Assembly (NCBI RefSeq): GCF_001194135.2
Contig: NC_068985.1
Coordinates: forward strand, 66,886,051 to 66,950,050
Direction: 5' to 3'
DNA: 64,000 nucleotides
Source: Octopus bimaculoides
Lineage: Eukaryota
The notes under the pieces are model-generated. The model saw nothing but the letters and a program-made list of their open reading frames with translations, was not told the origin of the DNA and searched no databases. Below, one piece after another: positions 36,600-49,525 of this stretch. Made by a program: the position numbers and the translations under genes. Positions within the stretch are counted from its first letter, which is position 1, and the number at the start of each line of letters is the position of its first letter.

Positions 36600-38200
36600 C
36601 CTCATTTTAAATGCGACACATGACAAGCAAAAATTTGTATCACAAGTCCAAAAGACACAACCTTCCAGCTAAACATGCATCGACCAGTCTGATTAGGGAG
36701 CGCTTCAGAAAGACTCGGTATGTTTACACCGACCCGTCTGGAGTGAGATATCTTCTCCATGGCGAAATTGGCTGAATGGTTTTCTTACGGATTAGAATAA
36801 CACTTAATGATGATTAAGTGTTATTCTTCTGGGACAGAAGAAGAAATGGTTACATAAAAAACTTGATTGGTGTTACAGATATGGGAATTGAAGGCAGCTA
36901 CTGGGCAAGAGATGGAGTCGGGTTATTTTCATAGAAGTTCAAATTTATCATGTCTATGTATTTCAAAGGGATATATGTAGACGTAAGCTATAAAAATAAG
37001 TTTATATGACTGATAAGAAAACGTGTTCTTCAAGAATAAGAAGGGGAATCAATAAGATTAGTTCAAACGTTTGAAGCTGGTGACCCCTCTGATTGTAGTG
37101 ATCCATTAATTGAGTCTATACTCTATATGGTATCTTAAAAAAAACTACGTAAAATTTGGTTATCCATAGAAACCCTAATGTGGGCCACTATGCTGTACAT
37201 GCTTTTCCTACAAGTTATTGAGAAGCGTGAAGATAATGAAGTGACGGTGAGGTCGGACAAAGTTGCTCAGCTGTGGTTGTGTGTAAATGTTTATGGATTT
37301 CAAAGTGGAAAAATTCCTTGACTCAGTTTTTAATAATTTCACTGCTCAGGTTAAGGAGAAAGTATTTTTCGGATCTTTTCTTAGTATACTGAGAGACTTT
37401 CTCATGAAGAACTATTATATCCATAGCTCAGAAACAGTGTATGCTAAAGATACCAGAGTAACGAGCATTTAGTGAAGACACCCAGTTGATCGGATGATAA
37501 GAAGACAGGTGACATAGCCGGTTCAAGGGAATACCTGTGCCTATACACCATAAATTATTTGAAAGGTCTAGTGAAGACGTGCTATGACAAGGCATTTGTT
37601 TAGTAGCATAGCAGTCTCACATGGATTATTTGGTCCTCATTGATACATGAAGTCAGCATATACATGGTTGAGGGCTTCGAGATTTGGTTCAGCTGGTTTC
37701 TTCTCAAATTACAAATACTATCTCGGAATATTACTGGCAGGATAATAATTTGAAGTCCCAAAACAACAATCGCAAAGAAGAATATGTGGTGATACGTATT
37801 GGCGAGCTGAAGGAATTCCCAAAGTTGTGTAACACAACATCTCTCAGTGAGATACTCAGTTGGGAACTGTTGTTTGGATATGGACAGCAAGAGACATATT
37901 TGAGGTTGCAGAGTTGCTGCGATGGGACAGAATGCTGGTGAAATTAGTACTTCGTGAACAGGCTGGCTCTTGTAGCAGCTCAGCGCCTTACTATTACAAG
38001 GTGCCAGAAAAAGAAAGGAGTTGTGATTTATAGTAACGTCTGTAAAGATGCGTGGAGAGGAGTGATCAAACAACGGTTTAAGAAATGGAGCCCAAGGAAC
38101 TTGATCAAATTCGGAGTAGCTATTTCTTGCAAAATTTTCTTGCGTGGATTTAGAAAACTGAGAGACAGGAATAGAATTTGTTGATATCACTTTTAACCGT
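36600..38200 (+). mobile_element. Highly decayed LINE, possibly L1/Tx1
   Basis: Patchy coding-like sequence with weak resemblance to Tx1 ORF2 C-terminal motifs (LALVAAQRLTITRCQKK...). No intact motif. Confidence 0.3.
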
Positions 38201-39072
38201 TTCTGCTAGGAAATGTTAAAATAAGCAGCTTGCCCTCTGTGCTTCATATGTGGGTAACTGAAACCCCACCTGCAGTAGCTGTCGCATACCCGAAGCGAGA
38301 AACGATACCGTTGGCTTCTCAAATAAATCTTGATATTAGAGCTGATCCTTTTATAAGAGATTTAGCACATTGAAGACTACTATCGTGTGTCTTGTGATTG
38401 ATATGTAGATGAAGCTACATTCCCGAATCACTACCTTTCAGGTGCAAAATGTGTAGGAAAATTTGTCCAGGGAAATCGCCTGAAATTCCCTTCTCAATTT
38501 TGCCTCAACATTGAATAACATTGTAGTGATCTAGTAAGCGTTCATTCTGGCATTTCATCTACAATCACCATTCTTTAAGAGAACAAGTATTATAGACGTA
38601 AATAAAAGAAGAGACGAAAATATTCTAAAAGCTGTGCACAAGGTGTGATCTACCTGAGATGTGATACAGAGATTTCGAAAGCAAGTCCTACTGGCAATGT
38701 ACAGCATGCTGGACATCAGAGGAGTCAGTAGTCGAAGAGCATCCATTGGGCTACAGTTGTAACATTGGTTGCTTTATGATGTATCTTTTAACAAGTTTGA
38801 GCCAAATGGAAGTAGTGCAAACTGGGAGAGCGCAAACTGGACAGACGTTGGGCCTTGAGTAACTTTAACCGACTCGTGTGGATGAGAGTATTTGGTTGTC
38901 GAAAACCCGAAAGGAGTAACGACCTCAAGAAACATCACTGACGATGTGAGCAAATTCTCCACAAGGTAGAAGAAAAAAATCAGACATATATAAACACACT
39001 CTCACACACACATACGAACACAATCACACATATATACACACATACATACATACATACATATATACATACATG

Positions 39073-39122
<50 letters not shown>

Positions 39123-39199
39123 AGCATATATACATACATATAAACCTACATACATATACATGCATGCGTTATAAACGTTCTGCTTTATTCTTCCAAAGT

Positions 39200-41700
39200 G
39201 ACTGTACAGCAAGACATGAGAATAAATGAGCCCAATACAAAAGATATTACTGAACGAATTGGACTACACAACCTCCAAAATAACATGAAATGTTTCAGGA
39301 AAATTGGAAAATTGGAGTCTGTCAGCAAATGCAAAGGTAAAAATTGAATTTATGAACTACCAATTACGACTGCATGATAGGCTCTCAAAAAATGTATGTG
39401 AATTGCTGCTCTGAAAGATTCAAACACACTGGTCGTTCTCAAACACGATCAACAAGCAGTAAGTGAAAAACTTCATAACTGTAAAAGTTACCTGAACTGA
39501 ACATGACAAACCGAAAGTTTACCCGAAACGATTTGTAACTGTATATATAAATACTCCTCAACAGGAGCTTGTAGAGGCACTGGTGGTTAGTATCGGATGT
39601 AAGCAAAGAACACAGTCGCAATGCAGCGTGGTTATACGAACTACGAAGTGAGTATTGCATAAATCACCCCCCCCCCCCCATATATAATATTCCCACTGAA
39701 CCAATCCTGACAATTATTATGAAACTGCCGAAAGGACAAAACAGCTGGGAGAGGCCTGAGAGTAGGCTACTGGTACAAAAAGCTCACATTTTACAGGGAA
39801 TTTCTTACAACATTTTTGCAAACACAATGGAGGTTTGAATAGACATATCAGGATGGTTAACGGTTGCACTGGCCACTCTTTTTTTCATGAACAAAGAGAC
39901 TCATATAGCCCGAGCTACAGGCCAATAGCATGCTCGAAAGTTAAGTACAAACTGTACATAAGTTGCTTGAATAAGTTTCTTCAAACAAATGCTGCTATAA
40001 GAAACGAACAAAAATGAGGAAAGAAGGGCGTCTGGGGCTATTTTAAACAGCTCTTCCTTAATAATACTACCCTTAAGGAAGCCAAGCAACATCGCCGCAA
40101 TCTCTTAATATGGCGCGACTCTGTCCCTCACTCATGAATGCTAGAATCATTACAAGTTGCCAATGTACCAGCTGCTATATTGAATTCCACAACATGGTGC
40201 ACACATGTTGTGGTCCATATAGTAAACACAGACAAGTACAAAACCAACACTTGCAGTCACAAACAGAATTAAGTTATCAGCAGACATATTGCATAGTGAT
40301 AGTCTATCTGTAAGGCTGTTCGTAATTGCAGTGAACCCCTTGTTAGCCCTATTAAGAACACATGTACATGATGGAATATTCAGAAAAGTATAAAATTAAT
40401 GTTACGCGTAATTTTTTGTTAATGACCTAAAGTTATATTCTAGTAAAACGAGGAAGCCCATGAGATAATTAAAACTACTCAGAATTTTGTCAAAACTCCA
40501 TTCTTATGGCTCACAAGACATAAAAATGGAGTTTGGTCAAAACAAAGTCTCATACAAGATAGTCAACCGAGGAAAGATTGCCAATTTAAAAGAGAACATG
40601 TGCCCCAATAGTTTGCTTATCGTCTCTGTTATTATGAAAATTATAAATATCTCGGAATCCATGAGCATGTTGCCTAGGTTGGTGCAGTGATTGAATCCGA
40701 CCCCGGAAAATATCGAACTCAGAGCTGTCTGCTTTTAATAACACCATATATCACAATCTTTTTACAGTGTAAGTGCTTGCACCAACATTTGCTATATTGG
40801 ACTTGACACAGGACGAAATCTGCAACCTTGACATCAAAACTAGAAAGATGATGACCCACACTGGCAAAGTTACAGGAACCGATAGGATTTATATGAGCGG
40901 CAGAGCTGGTGACAGAGACATAAGGTTAGTCCAAAGAGCATTTGAACTTTATATTGGAGACATCACACAAGCAAAACCCAATGCAAGTACACATATATCT
41001 TAAGCTTGTAGATAACAGCAGCATTGGCAGGAGTAGCATCTCCTGGACATGTGATAGATACATTACATTCCACCAAGTATATGCCAGTGCTATCTAGGAA
41101 CTGGAGATAGTTACTGAATACTTGATAAATGAGAGAGAGACAACTATGCCACCAAATCTGCCCGTTGCGGCAGAAAAATATCAGTTATGCCATACCAAAA
41201 TGTCTAAGATATACTACGTACTATTAAGGCATGATATAACTGTAAAGGCAATTTACAATGCTCTCCGAAGCAATGAATGCCCTGACGCATACATCAATGG
41301 CAAGTCACACCCAGAATGTTTAAATACCTTTAAAATGAAGGAACGTCAGTGGAACACTTCGATAAACGCAACAATTCGGTTGCAAACACAACAGACCTGA
41401 TATTGTTCTGTAGGATAGGAAACTAATGTCATGCACTGTTATAGAAGTCAGCTACCCAGCGGATATCAGTGTACCTTCAAAACTACAGGAAAAAGAATAC
41501 ATTTATGGTGAAAAACTACGAAACTTACATCTCTTGTATCTTGACAACAAATTTTCATGTATACCTATCATCAAAGCTGCATCAGACTATGTGCCTACAG
41601 CTTTAAACAAATACCTGATATATTAGGTTTTGCAAATAGCAAAAGTAAATGACACACGTTCTTCAAATCCAATTTAATATCGCCACATTGAAGATCTGTA
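39200..41700 (+). mobile_element. Decayed R4/Dong-like non-LTR retrotransposon (RT + C-terminal restriction-like endonuclease)
   Basis: GYWYKKL; YRPIAC.KVKYKLYISCLNKFL..EQ; DIKMEFGQNK...RGK; LDIKTRKMMT..DRIY..GR.G; YVLLRHD; HNRPDIVL*DRKLMSCTVIEVSYPADI...EKEYIYG (PD..E RLE motif at about 41390-41470). Confidence 0.82.
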
Positions 41701-41894
41701 AGGTTTTCTAAAGTTTCTTTATCTGAGAACCTTTAGGTGACTAGATGCACGTATGCAATTGTGCCCATCGAGAGTTCAACAATCGCATCAACTCAACGAC
41801 ATATTTTCAGTACTCTCAACTCAAAAATTGTTGTCGCTTTCTTTCCGACAAGCTTGTCAACTCTCTTAAGCTGAATATCAATGCAACGCAGATG

Positions 41895-41957
<63 letters not shown>
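41895..41957. repeat. (CA)n microsatellite
   Basis: Pure CA run. Confidence 0.97.
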
Positions 41958-41960
<3 letters not shown>

Positions 41961-42084
41961 TACATATATACGTACATCCATCCATCCATACATACATACA
42001 TACATAGAAGTTTCAGTTAAAAAAATTTTTTAATTTCAGGCTTTAATTGATAGTTAAAACAAATTACGTACAAAAAGTGTTTAT

Positions 42085-42900
42085 TGATCAAATTGATACC
42101 ATCCTTGTCTAATGAGTGTTGCCATCGTTGTGTCAGAAACTCAATTCCACGTGTATACAATTTGCCTGGTTCTGATATGAGACACTCCTAGCACGCGTTT
42201 TAAATCGTACCCGTGAAAGAAATGACCTATGGCTCGGAAAATGTAGTTGCCAGATGGTGCAAAGTCGTCTGGTCTGCAAACAGGCCAGACAGAAACTGAC
42301 AATGTGTGCTGTGACATTGTCTTGTAGGAGTGCACGTCTTTGATTGGCCAGTGCAAGATAGTATCATACTCCTTCTACAGTCGTTGAACTTAAAGGTTAA
42401 ACCGCCAGAGCATGACCATCAAGGAGAACAAACCCCGATTTCTCTTATTATGAATACGAAAATAAATCCATTTTTAATCCGCAATTACAGTTCGACACCA
42501 AAAAGCGGTTATCTGGAAGATTTCCCAGCAGCTGTCTGTAAATGTTCGTACGTCGATGAGCCTGCTACTCGAGACGCTTGCGATGAGCTTCACGACATTG
42601 TCTGTTCGTAAGACTGAAACTATATAGGTGTCAATTAATGGCACTTTGTAAAAAACCAATTTTGGCCGACAATGTACGAATGATTGTGCTTGGCTGTTGT
42701 TGAACTCATTTCAAGGAAGCCACATCTTCCACGACAGAAGGTTAATCTTATCTTGATTTGTCGTCGAGGCTGGTATGATCTTTGAAGAGTTTGAACAAGC
42801 TTTCTGCTACATGTTTGTTGACAGTCCCTGAGACTTTCAGCTCATTAATTTCTTTTCCTTTCAGCCTTCTCTTTCCACAGGTAGCGACAAATGGCTGTAA
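42085..42900 (-). mobile_element. Decayed mariner (DD34D-type) transposase
   Basis: KINLLSWKMWLP*NEF (WVPHEL-like); CRTVIAD*KWIYF; LQDNVTAH; PDDFAPSGNYIFRAIGHFFHG; RGIEFLTQRWQH. Confidence 0.75.
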
Positions 42901-43093
42901 TTGCAAATTTTTCACCTCAGATTATCAATGCTGTAAATAATAAAGAATTAATAATAAATAATAAGTAATTAACAGTTGATGTTTATAAGTTATATTCGAA
43001 AATAAATAATAAACAATTCAGCAACGATTGGATAAATTGTATCCAATTATTATATAATCTCAATGTATAAGTTGCCAAACATATACGCACACA

Positions 43094-43095
<2 letters not shown>

Positions 43096-43169
<74 letters not shown>
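43096..43169. repeat. (GT)n microsatellite
   Basis: Pure TG run. Confidence 0.97.
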
Positions 43170-43170
<1 letters not shown>

Positions 43171-43221
43171 ATGTGTGTGTCAGCGTGCGTGCGTATGTTA
43201 TTTGTTTCACTAAATTTGAGT

Positions 43222-43600
43222 ACAATCATGTTGGAGCACCGCTTTAAAGGGTTTTAATCAAAGAACCCGACCCCAGGTCTTATTCTTTGTAAGCCTAGTA
43301 CTTATTCCATCAGTCTCTTTTGCAGAAACACCAAATGTTACGGGGACATAAACACACCAGCATCGGTTGTCAAGCAATAGTGGGTGACAACCGAGACACG
43401 CGCGCGCCCGCAAACACGCACGCACACACACATACAAACACACAAACACACTCACGCACGCACATATACATGTATATACGACGGGCTTCTTTCAATTTCT
43501 CTCAGCCAAATCCATTCACAAGGCTTTGATCGGCTCGAAGACACGTGGCCAAGGTGCCACGGAGTGGGACTGAACCCGGAACCATGTGGTTGGGAAGCAT
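43222..43600 (-). mobile_element. Near full-length SINE family A
   Basis: Reverse complement of 29810-30203, including the B-box (GGGACTGAACCCGGAACCATGTGG on +), the central microsatellite and the 3' tail. Confidence 0.92.
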
Positions 43601-43817
43601 AAATATATGTACGTGTGCGCGAGTGTGCGCCTGTATATATATATATAATTAAATCAACGGCGATAGGGCGAAAACGACCTGTCTCCAGCATGCTTGAAGT
43701 GCCGATACCTTCAAAAGACTACTAAAAGCTCCAGCTAAATATACACGTGGCTGACAACTTGATAAAAATCATTAACGTGATATTTATCCTTATATTCTTT
43801 CATAAATTAATAAATAA

Positions 43818-43818
<1 letters not shown>

Positions 43819-43872
<54 letters not shown>

Positions 43873-43979
43873 CATCTGTCTGTCTCTCTATCTGTCTGTC
43901 TACCTATCTATATGTATTTGTATGTATGTATGTATGTATGTATGTATGTATGTATGTATGTATGCATGTATGTATGTAT
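43819..43979. repeat. (TATC)n/(TATG)n compound tetranucleotide repeat
   Basis: Adjacent ATCT and ATGT runs. Confidence 0.93.
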
Positions 43980-44866
43980 CTGCATATGATTAAGGCTGAT
44001 GCAAAACCGAAATGCATTGTGATGTCTCTTATACTGGTGGGTAAGTAGTCAAACTGCGACTCCTACCCGTTTTTTTTAGTAACCTTAAACATAAGCGAAT
44101 ATCAATGCATACATTAAGTTTTCCATCGCTAGACCTAGAATTCAAGAATTCTGCCTTGTACCTTCTTAACATAGATTTCAAATATAGAACATCACTTGGC
44201 GTTGCTTAGCAGGGAAAAATAACAGAAATAGATACATATTTCGACATGTAACAGTATGAGCATTGCCATTTCTAGTTTATTTGCATGCTAGTTTTGTTCA
44301 TAAATGCGACATTTTTCAATTTCTGTAAATGCAGTCCACAATATCTAAGTAGATTATTTGTGTAAATACCCTTATCTATGAAAATATTATCTTTAGAGAA
44401 TAATAGTTAAAAATAATATCTAATATAATTTAAAATGTAGTGTTCATCTTTTGTTTATATAATTTTCATTCCTTTTCTTTTAAATAGGAATCACATAAAA
44501 CTACACACGAAATAAATATATCTGAAATAATTCAATTTAAAATTAGTTTTGGAAACATCGAATGACCTTTATATTGACTGCTCAAGGGTGATATATATAA
44601 TTGCCAAATTATCTTTCATTATCGACGCATGCACGACATTGTGGGGCATTTTTATCAATTTCATCATCAGCAATATTCCGTATATGTTTGAAAATATTCT
44701 GGGATTTTCATTACGCTTATTTCATTACGCTTATTTTAGCCACAATCATCTATTCCATTCCAATACTTATATGTATATAACCTCATAGAGGATTCGAACA
44801 ATTCGAACAAGGAGTATCTAGTTTTTAAACAAGCATTAGAAGTCCGATATAGTATAATCGTTTAAC

Positions 44867-45073
44867 GGCGGCGAACTGGCAGAACCGTTAACACTCTGGA
44901 CTCAATGCTTAGCGGCATTTCGCCCGTTTTTACGTTGTGTTCAAATTCCCCTCAGGTCGACTGAACGTTTAACTATTTCGGAGTCGATGAAAGGAATACC
45001 AGTTAAGCACTGAGTTCGATAAAATCGACTAGCATCTTCCCCCAAAATTTTAGGCTTTGTGCCTATATTAGAA
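44867..45073 (+). mobile_element. tRNA-derived SINE, family B
   Basis: GGCGGCGAACTGGCAGAACCGTTA...GTTCAAATTCC...AGGTCGAC...TTTTAGGCTTTGTGCCTATATTAGAA. Confidence 0.88.
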
Positions 45074-46694
45074 CTGATATAATATAACCGATTTGATACC
45101 TAATCTTCGACTTTCTTCAGTATATGTTTGTATATATAAATGCGGACATGAATATACTTCCGCACAGAAGGGGTAATATATTTTATTTTCATACTCGTTA
45201 TTTCCCTTATGTTTTATAAAATACGTACAATCTCATTTCAATAACAAGGTTGCGCTTTACTCACCACGATCATGTTATACATTACACATTTAAATATAAT
45301 TTACTACATCAAATTATTTTGTTTCCATGCTGTATTGGAGTTTTAGAATATGTTCACGCATATTTAAGGTTTTATAGAACTCAAGTATAAATACCAAATA
45401 TAGAATATTTGACTGCATATACAAATGAAATTACTAAGAATCAGAAAATAGAATTACATATAAATTTTCGCAGGCTAAGGCATTGCTACCATAGTAGTTC
45501 TTATAAGATACCCATCCCTAGACTACATTACACGTAAACAAAAATACATTTGTGCATACACACGTCTGCACACACGCACTCAATGAGTATATTTATAGTG
45601 CATTGACGGAAATTATCATACAGTGATTTCTATGACTCATGCTAGAATCTGCGAAGGTCATTGATATTTTTTTCTACCTCGGGATATCAGAGGACACTTC
45701 TTCTGCTAGATAATTAAGTGTTGGTGTGAAAACAAAATCAATAAATCGTGTACAGAGAATATTTGCCAAACGCAAATGTGGCTGCTATGTATTTTATTTC
45801 ACTCATTCTATGCAGGATATATTATTCAATATAATGAATTCTATCCTACTACACTGGGATTGACAAACATAGAAGAAGATACACACGCACAAAGATAAAA
45901 GAATGTATACGTTCACACGGATATATGTAAGGTTATGCACTATATATNNNNNNNNNNNNNNNNNNNNNNNNNNNNNNNNNNNNNNNNNNNNNNNNNNNNN
46001 NNNNNNNNNNNNNNNNNNNNNNNNNNNNNNNNNNNNNNNNNNNNNNNNNNNNNNNNNNNNNNNNNNNNNNNNNNNNNNNNNNNNNNNNNNNNNNNNNNNN
46101 NNNNNNNNNNNNNNNNNNNNNNNNNNNNNNNNNNNNNNNNNNNNNNNNNNNNNNNNNNNNNNNNNNNNNNNNNNNNNNNNNNNNNNNNNNNNNNNNNNNN
46201 NNNNNNNNNNNNNNNNNNNNNNNNNNNNNNNNNNNNNNNNNNNNNNNNNNNNNNNNNNNNNNNNNNNNNNNNNNNNNNNNNNNNNNNNNNNNNNNNNNNN
46301 NNNNNNNNNNNNNNNNNNNNNNNNNNNNNNNNNNNNNNNNNNNNNNNNNNNNNNNNNNNNNNNNNNNNNNNNNNNNNNNNNNNNNNNNNNNNNNNNNNNN
46401 NNNNNNNNNNNNNNNNNNNNNNNNNNNNNNNNNNNNNNNNNNNNNNNNNNNNNNNNNNNNNNNNNNNNNNNNNNNNNNNNNNNNNNNNNNNNNNNNNNNN
46501 NNNNNNNNNNNNNNNNNNNNNNNNNNNNNNNNNNNNNNNNNNNNNNNNNNNNNNNNNNNNNNNNNNNNNNNNNNNNNNNNNNNNNNNNNNNNNNNNNNNN
46601 NNNNNNNNNNNNNNNNNNNNNNNNNNNNNNNNNNNNNNNNNNNNNNNNNNNNNNNNNNNCAGCTGGCTTATCGACACATATATATATATATATA

Positions 46695-46877
46695 TATACA
46701 GGAGTAAGCACATAAATGTGAAACAGGGTGGAAAAAAGAGTTCTCAAATACCAGTGATAAAGTAATATGCTTTATTTAAAAGCAGCAGAAATATAACAAA
46801 AGCTGTTACTCGTCGGATAACGCGAAACTCTGAGTAACAGCTTTTGTTATATTTCTGCTGCTTTTAAATAAAGTATA
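46695..46877. mobile_element. Inverted terminal-repeat junction (probably Penelope-derived) with perfect 42-bp hairpin
   Basis: 46770-46811 is the exact reverse complement of 46832-46873. The 20-nt loop GTCGGATAACGCGAAACTCT contains GAAAC. PLE origin is inferred. Confidence 0.6.
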
Positions 46878-47140
46878 TATATATATACTAAAGTATTTCA
46901 TTGCGTGTTTGTTATTTTGTTATTCACAATATATCTATGCACAGATTAAGTTTATCTAATTTATGCAAGTGTATCTTCATTTTGTATGTTTATTATTCAT
47001 AACAGCTAAGTATAACCGAACTTTAGGTCAGTTGAAATATATTTGCGACATAACCTCACTTCTAAAAGCAAATACATTACAGTTAATTTCTCTCTAATGG
47101 TAAAAGGTGTCAAGACATAATTCCCCTGTGTTTTACGCTA

Positions 47141-47393
47141 TCGGATTCCAAGACGACCGTTTCTGGTTCTTTATCCTTACTATTCTTACTATTCTTAGGA
47201 AACATAACCTATGGCAGATTTCTAAGCCGGAGGTTTAACTAAAAAGACAGACAACATCGTTGACTGACTTTTGCTATTCAAACGCCTGATCTTTAGTTTT
47301 AGCTGCAGCTTTGAATCTATCCAGGGTTATCTCTCTTCGATATTTCAAATTGATGATAGCTAAAAATCCAGAAACGACCGTCTGGGAATCTGA
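47141..47393. mobile_element. MITE-like element with about 32-bp imperfect TIRs
   Basis: TCGGATTCCAAGACGACCGTTTCTGGTTCTTT versus the reverse complement of AAAAATCCAGAAACGACCGTCTGGGAATCTGA. No clear target duplication. Confidence 0.45.
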
Positions 47394-47962
47394 TTTAGGA
47401 AAGAACCGGTAAGTATTATGCTTTTACAACTTATACTGTAAGAAGATTTCTTTTTCTCCACGGTAACTACAGTGAAGTTAAAATATGTTACATATATTTT
47501 AACTAATCACTGCTTGGCGCATATGATATTATGCAATTATATATAAATTACTTTACTCTTGTTGGTGAATGTATGTGTGATGTATATTTAGGTGTGCAAG
47601 TATTTTACAGAGACGATTACAAATGGTACATATATTTATATTATATATTATTTTGAGCAGTATGGAGACAAATATGCCAGTTAAGCCATCAATTTGATGG
47701 CTTCAAAATCACAATTAGAGCAATTTGCAAAATAATAAACATTTTGGTGATTTAGTTTCTATTTTCACGCAACATGATATGATGAGAAACAAAAGTTCCT
47801 TCGAAAGCTTGCAACAGCATCACAGTTAAGTATGTTCATACTTATGTGTTTCAGGTTTCCATTCATTTGTCTTTGCATCATAATATTGGCCTACCAACTC
47901 TCTGCTGAGTATGTTCATGTTTCTCTAAAAAAACGTTTAAATCCTACCATCGCTCGTCCGTG

Positions 47963-48052
47963 ATGCAAGGCCATACCACCTCAATAGAACTTTGATCTGA
48001 AAAGCTTCAAAATCTGAGATATTACTCATTGACAGAAAAATACTGTGCTACC
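47963..48052 (+). pseudogene. Possible decayed 5S rRNA-derived sequence
   Basis: GGCCATACCACC matches the 5S 5' region 12/12, followed by TGATCT..AAGCT and AATAC.GTGCT in the right order. The rest is heavily diverged or deleted. Confidence 0.3.
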
Positions 48053-49156
48053 CTTTGTTTTCTCATTTCAAATTATGTATTCGTTTCAGTCACCTCATGG
48101 AAAAGCTATTCAATTGAAAGAGGTTTCCAATAATATATTAAGGCGTAAAGAGTGCTTATGACAAATGTTTTATAAATTTTAACTTTTTTTTTTGAGACAT
48201 CATGAGTGTATCAAATCCTCTTATAGAGATTAATAAAGTTTTACTTGTTTTTGCACAACGTGCTTTAGTAATCTCTTTATCAACATATGAATCTTTTGTC
48301 AGTGTGGAGGAAAAATGAGAGAAAGTGTCGGGAGATTTAAGTGCTTTATTGCCAACATACGCTGTAAAGCATAACCTCTGGATTATTGCCAGGATGCTAC
48401 TGAAATACAAGCTCTGCCTTATTTTATGCATGTGTTCAAACTAAAAGATACTGCTGCTGCAAATTTATTGACGATCGTGAAGAGAAGGAGCGAACGGCGC
48501 GTTCTTATCTGCGAAGAGCAAGTCGATTATAGTTTGGGAGAAACTATCACATTTAACGCCGCAGGTTGTGTCATATCGATCACTTTGAAAGGAAGGAAAT
48601 AATGACATATCTCATTACAAATTGCTAGAAAATTTAAGAACTTCGTATAAAGGACAAAAATGAAATATGTAAATTCTATGAAAATTTTCCCTTATACTTC
48701 CTTTATTGTTATTTCAAATTTCTAATCTTGCTTCGAAATATGACAAAAAAGGGTTGCCTCCCTTGTATTAGTTTTCACCTTTAGCAGTAACTCACCCAAA
48801 AATGTCTCCCTAAATTTATCATCAACTGTCCCCAAATTTATTTTCTGCATTATTTGCATTTAACCAGGAGAGAATGCAAATATCCAGGGAAAAATTCCCT
48901 TCAGGTTTACGGCGAAGTTTTAAGCGGTCCATTTAATGTTAAAAATTAGTGTTCTTAAGATAGGATTTCAGATTTATGGTTAAGACTTAAGGTACATATA
49001 GCGATTAAGATTATATTTAAGCCAAGAGAAAAAAAAGGTATTTGCAAAAGTTTGATTTTGACTATTATCTTAACTATAGTCTTAAACTCCAATGCTTAAA
49101 GGATGGAATTAAGGAAAATGTAAATAAACTGTAAATTTAAAAGACCTATCTTTTAC

Positions 49157-49211
<55 letters not shown>

Positions 49212-49319
49212 ACACGTACAAATACACACACGCACACGTCAAGATCACCAGCCCTCTTTCACACGCACGTAGTACTCTCTTACACACACGCACACCTCCG
49301 TTTTGGGATCACTACAATT

Positions 49320-49525
49320 TTGTTATCTCCCCTTCGTCTTAGCTCTCCTGTGTGATCCTTCTGTTCGGCATACGCCATGATAGATTTCTAACCACTACAC
49401 ACATTTTTTTCTCTGCTTGTTTCTCTCCTAGTTCTTTTCCGCGTTCCTTTCTTTGGAAAAGCGTAGGCTCAAAACGTTAATAACTTTTTCAATTCCCGAG
49501 CGTTATACTAATACATCTGTCTTTT
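49320..49525 (+). mobile_element. PLE-like terminal-repeat remnant
   Basis: TTGGAAAAGCGTAGGCTCAAAACGTTAA (decayed GAAGAGC-GTAG-GCTC-GAAAC) followed by CCCGAGCGTTATACTAATACA. A reversed partial copy (TGTATTAGTTTGATGCTCG) is at about 20889. Confidence 0.4.

Noticed and set aside
37600-38190. 196-aa minus-strand ORF, the longest gap-free ORF in the track
   Set aside because: It has no recognisable motif and is probably the antisense shadow of decayed LINE-like sequence on the + strand. A BLASTp would settle it.
47683-47703. 10-bp palindrome AAGCCATCAA-T-TTGATGGCTT
   Set aside because: It is short enough to occur by chance in 64 kb and has no supporting context.
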